Shown in pieces: positions 62,851 to 64,000 of a DNA stretch of 64,000 nucleotides (the stretch's first letter is position 1; each line of letters starts with the position of its first letter). The position numbers and the translations under genes were made by a program. The notes beneath the pieces were generated by a model. It was not told the origin of the DNA. It worked only from the letters and a program-made list of their open reading frames with translations, and made no database searches. The DNA comes from Nitrospiraceae bacterium (GTDB taxonomy: Bacteria; Nitrospirota; Nitrospiria; Nitrospirales; Nitrospiraceae), in contig JBFWWG010000002.1 of NCBI GenBank assembly GCA_050246315.1, positions 128,001 to 192,000 on the forward strand, given 5' to 3'.

Positions 62851-63869
62851 GCGGACCGCTCCTGTTGCGTGAACCGGATGAGTTTTTCCAGTTTCTCCGC
62901 CGCGGCACCGCTGTCGATGACCTTCGCCGCCTGCTGGTATCCCTCATGGAGGTTCTTGGCAAGCCCTCCCGCCACCAAGGCCGGTGCCGCGTTGAGGCAG
63001 ACCACATCGCGTTTGGGACCGCGTCTTCCCTGGAGGATGTCACGGACAATTCTCGCGTTGTCCTCGGCCATCCCCCCGGTCAGTTCCTTGAGTGGGACAC
63101 GGGTCAACCCAAAGTCTTTCGGCTCGACGAAATAACTCGACACCACGCCCCGTTTACCTTCCGCGACTCTGGTCCGGTCCGTCACGCTGATTTCGTCCAG
63201 CCCGTCCATTCCGTGCACCACGAAGCAATGTTGTGCCCCAAGGTGGACCAGCACTCGGCAGAGCATATCGGTCAGCCGTTCGTCATACACTCCGACCACC
63301 TGGACCGTCGCGCCGGCGGGATTGGTCAGCGGGCCCAGGATATTCAGAAGCGTTCGGACGCCTAGGTCCTGTCGCGGTCCGGCGCAATGTTTCATAGCCT
63401 CGTGATACAGGGGAGCAAAGAGAAAGCCGATACCCACCTCATCGATGCAGGCGGCGATCCGGTCCGGGGCGAGATCGATCCTAACTCCCAGTGCCGCCAG
63501 CACATCTGCACTCCCGCATTTGGACGACACCGACCGATTGCCATGCTTGGCCACCGTGAGGCCGGCTCCTGCCGCCACGAATGCGGCAGTGGTTGAAATA
63601 TTGAACGTGTGCGAGCGATCGCCCCCTGTGCCGCAGGTGTCCAATACCCCTTTGACGCCGATCCGGACGCGCGTGGCCTTGGCCCTCATCGCGCGCACCG
63701 CGCCGGCGATCTCTTCCATGGTTTCACCCTTGACCCGAAGCCCCATCAGAAACCCGGAAACCTGGGCGGGGGTCGCCTGCCCCTCCATGATTTCCAGCAT
63801 GACCTCCTCCGTTTCCTTTTCTGAGAGGTCGCCGCGGTCCGCAAGCTTGGCGATGGCTGCTTTGATCAT
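62847..63869 (-). CDS. trpD: anthranilate phosphoribosyltransferase
   Basis: DTCGTGGD, NIST, KHGNRSVSSKCGSAD, GLDE. Confidence 0.97.
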   Translation of the reverse strand: MIKAAIAKLADRGDLSEKETEEVMLEIMEGQATPAQVSGFLMGLRVKGETMEEIAGAVRAMRAKATRVRIGVKGVLDTCGTGGDRSHTFNISTTAAFVAAGAGLTVAKHGNRSVSSKCGSADVLAALGVRIDLAPDRIAACIDEVGIGFLFAPLYHEAMKHCAGPRQDLGVRTLLNILGPLTNPAGATVQVVGVYDERLTDMLCRVLVHLGAQHCFVVHGMDGLDEISVTDRTRVAEGKRGVVSSYFVEPKDFGLTRVPLKELTGGMAEDNARIVRDILQGRRGPKRDVVCLNAAPALVAGGLAKNLHEGYQQAAKVIDSGAAAEKLEKLIRFTQQERSA

Positions 63870-63907
63870 GTCCGGGTCACCGGCTGGGAGGAAGACATGG
63901 GGCGGGC

Positions 63908-64000
63908 TTACAACTTCAGAAAATTCCGGAGGAGGTCCTTGCCGGAGATCGTGAGGATCGATTCCGGGTGGAACTGCACACCCTCGACCCCCAACGTCCT
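63908..64000 (-). CDS. trpG: glutamine amidotransferase (anthranilate synthase component II), 3' end only
   Basis: Hand translation [30 protein letters not shown]. Confidence 0.85.
   Translation of the reverse strand, partial: RTLGVEGVQFHPESILTISGKDLLRNFLKL

Noticed and set aside
1..64000. CRISPR array, tRNA/rRNA, integrase or transposase
   Set aside because: None recognised by eye; short or degenerate elements cannot be excluded without tools

Overview
GC-rich bacterial chromosome segment, most likely Nitrospiraceae. This host call is inferred from my recollection of the LysS, TrpC and lnt-prfB-lysS-lolE-lolD sequences and order; no search was run. The left flank (1-15 kb) is envelope and housekeeping genes: a BamE-like lipoprotein followed by three paralogous lipoproteins, then CsgG-like, VanZ, PilZ, LemA-TPM-TPM, lnt, prfB with its +1 frameshift, lysS, lolC/E and lolD. 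The right flank (58.9-64 kb) is the trp operon: partial trpG, trpD, trpC, an inserted lipoprotein, trpF, trpB, trpA. Between these convergent blocks lies about 44 kb, almost all on the minus strand, that looks like a low-oxygen/stress accessory region. It holds a GH15 glucoamylase, two DUF488 genes, AlkA, two USP genes, a PLP trans-sulfuration lyase and a complete E. coli/Pseudomonas-type complex I (fused nuoCD). It also holds a glutaredoxin, an Fe/Mn SOD, a GAF-PAS-PAS kinase with a NarL-type regulator, zwf, cytoplasmic-type narGHJI, a YukJ/DUF2278-LTD protein and a TIR-TPR-membrane protein. The most novel-looking element is the fifth gene of the nar operon. It is a type-I sulfide:quinone oxidoreductase homologue that has lost all three catalytic cysteines, keeps the FAD-binding and membrane-anchor motifs, and carries an added C-terminal ribbon-helix-helix-like domain. 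It is a candidate quinone-pool redox sensor/regulator. No rRNA, tRNA, CRISPR array, integrase or transposase was recognised.
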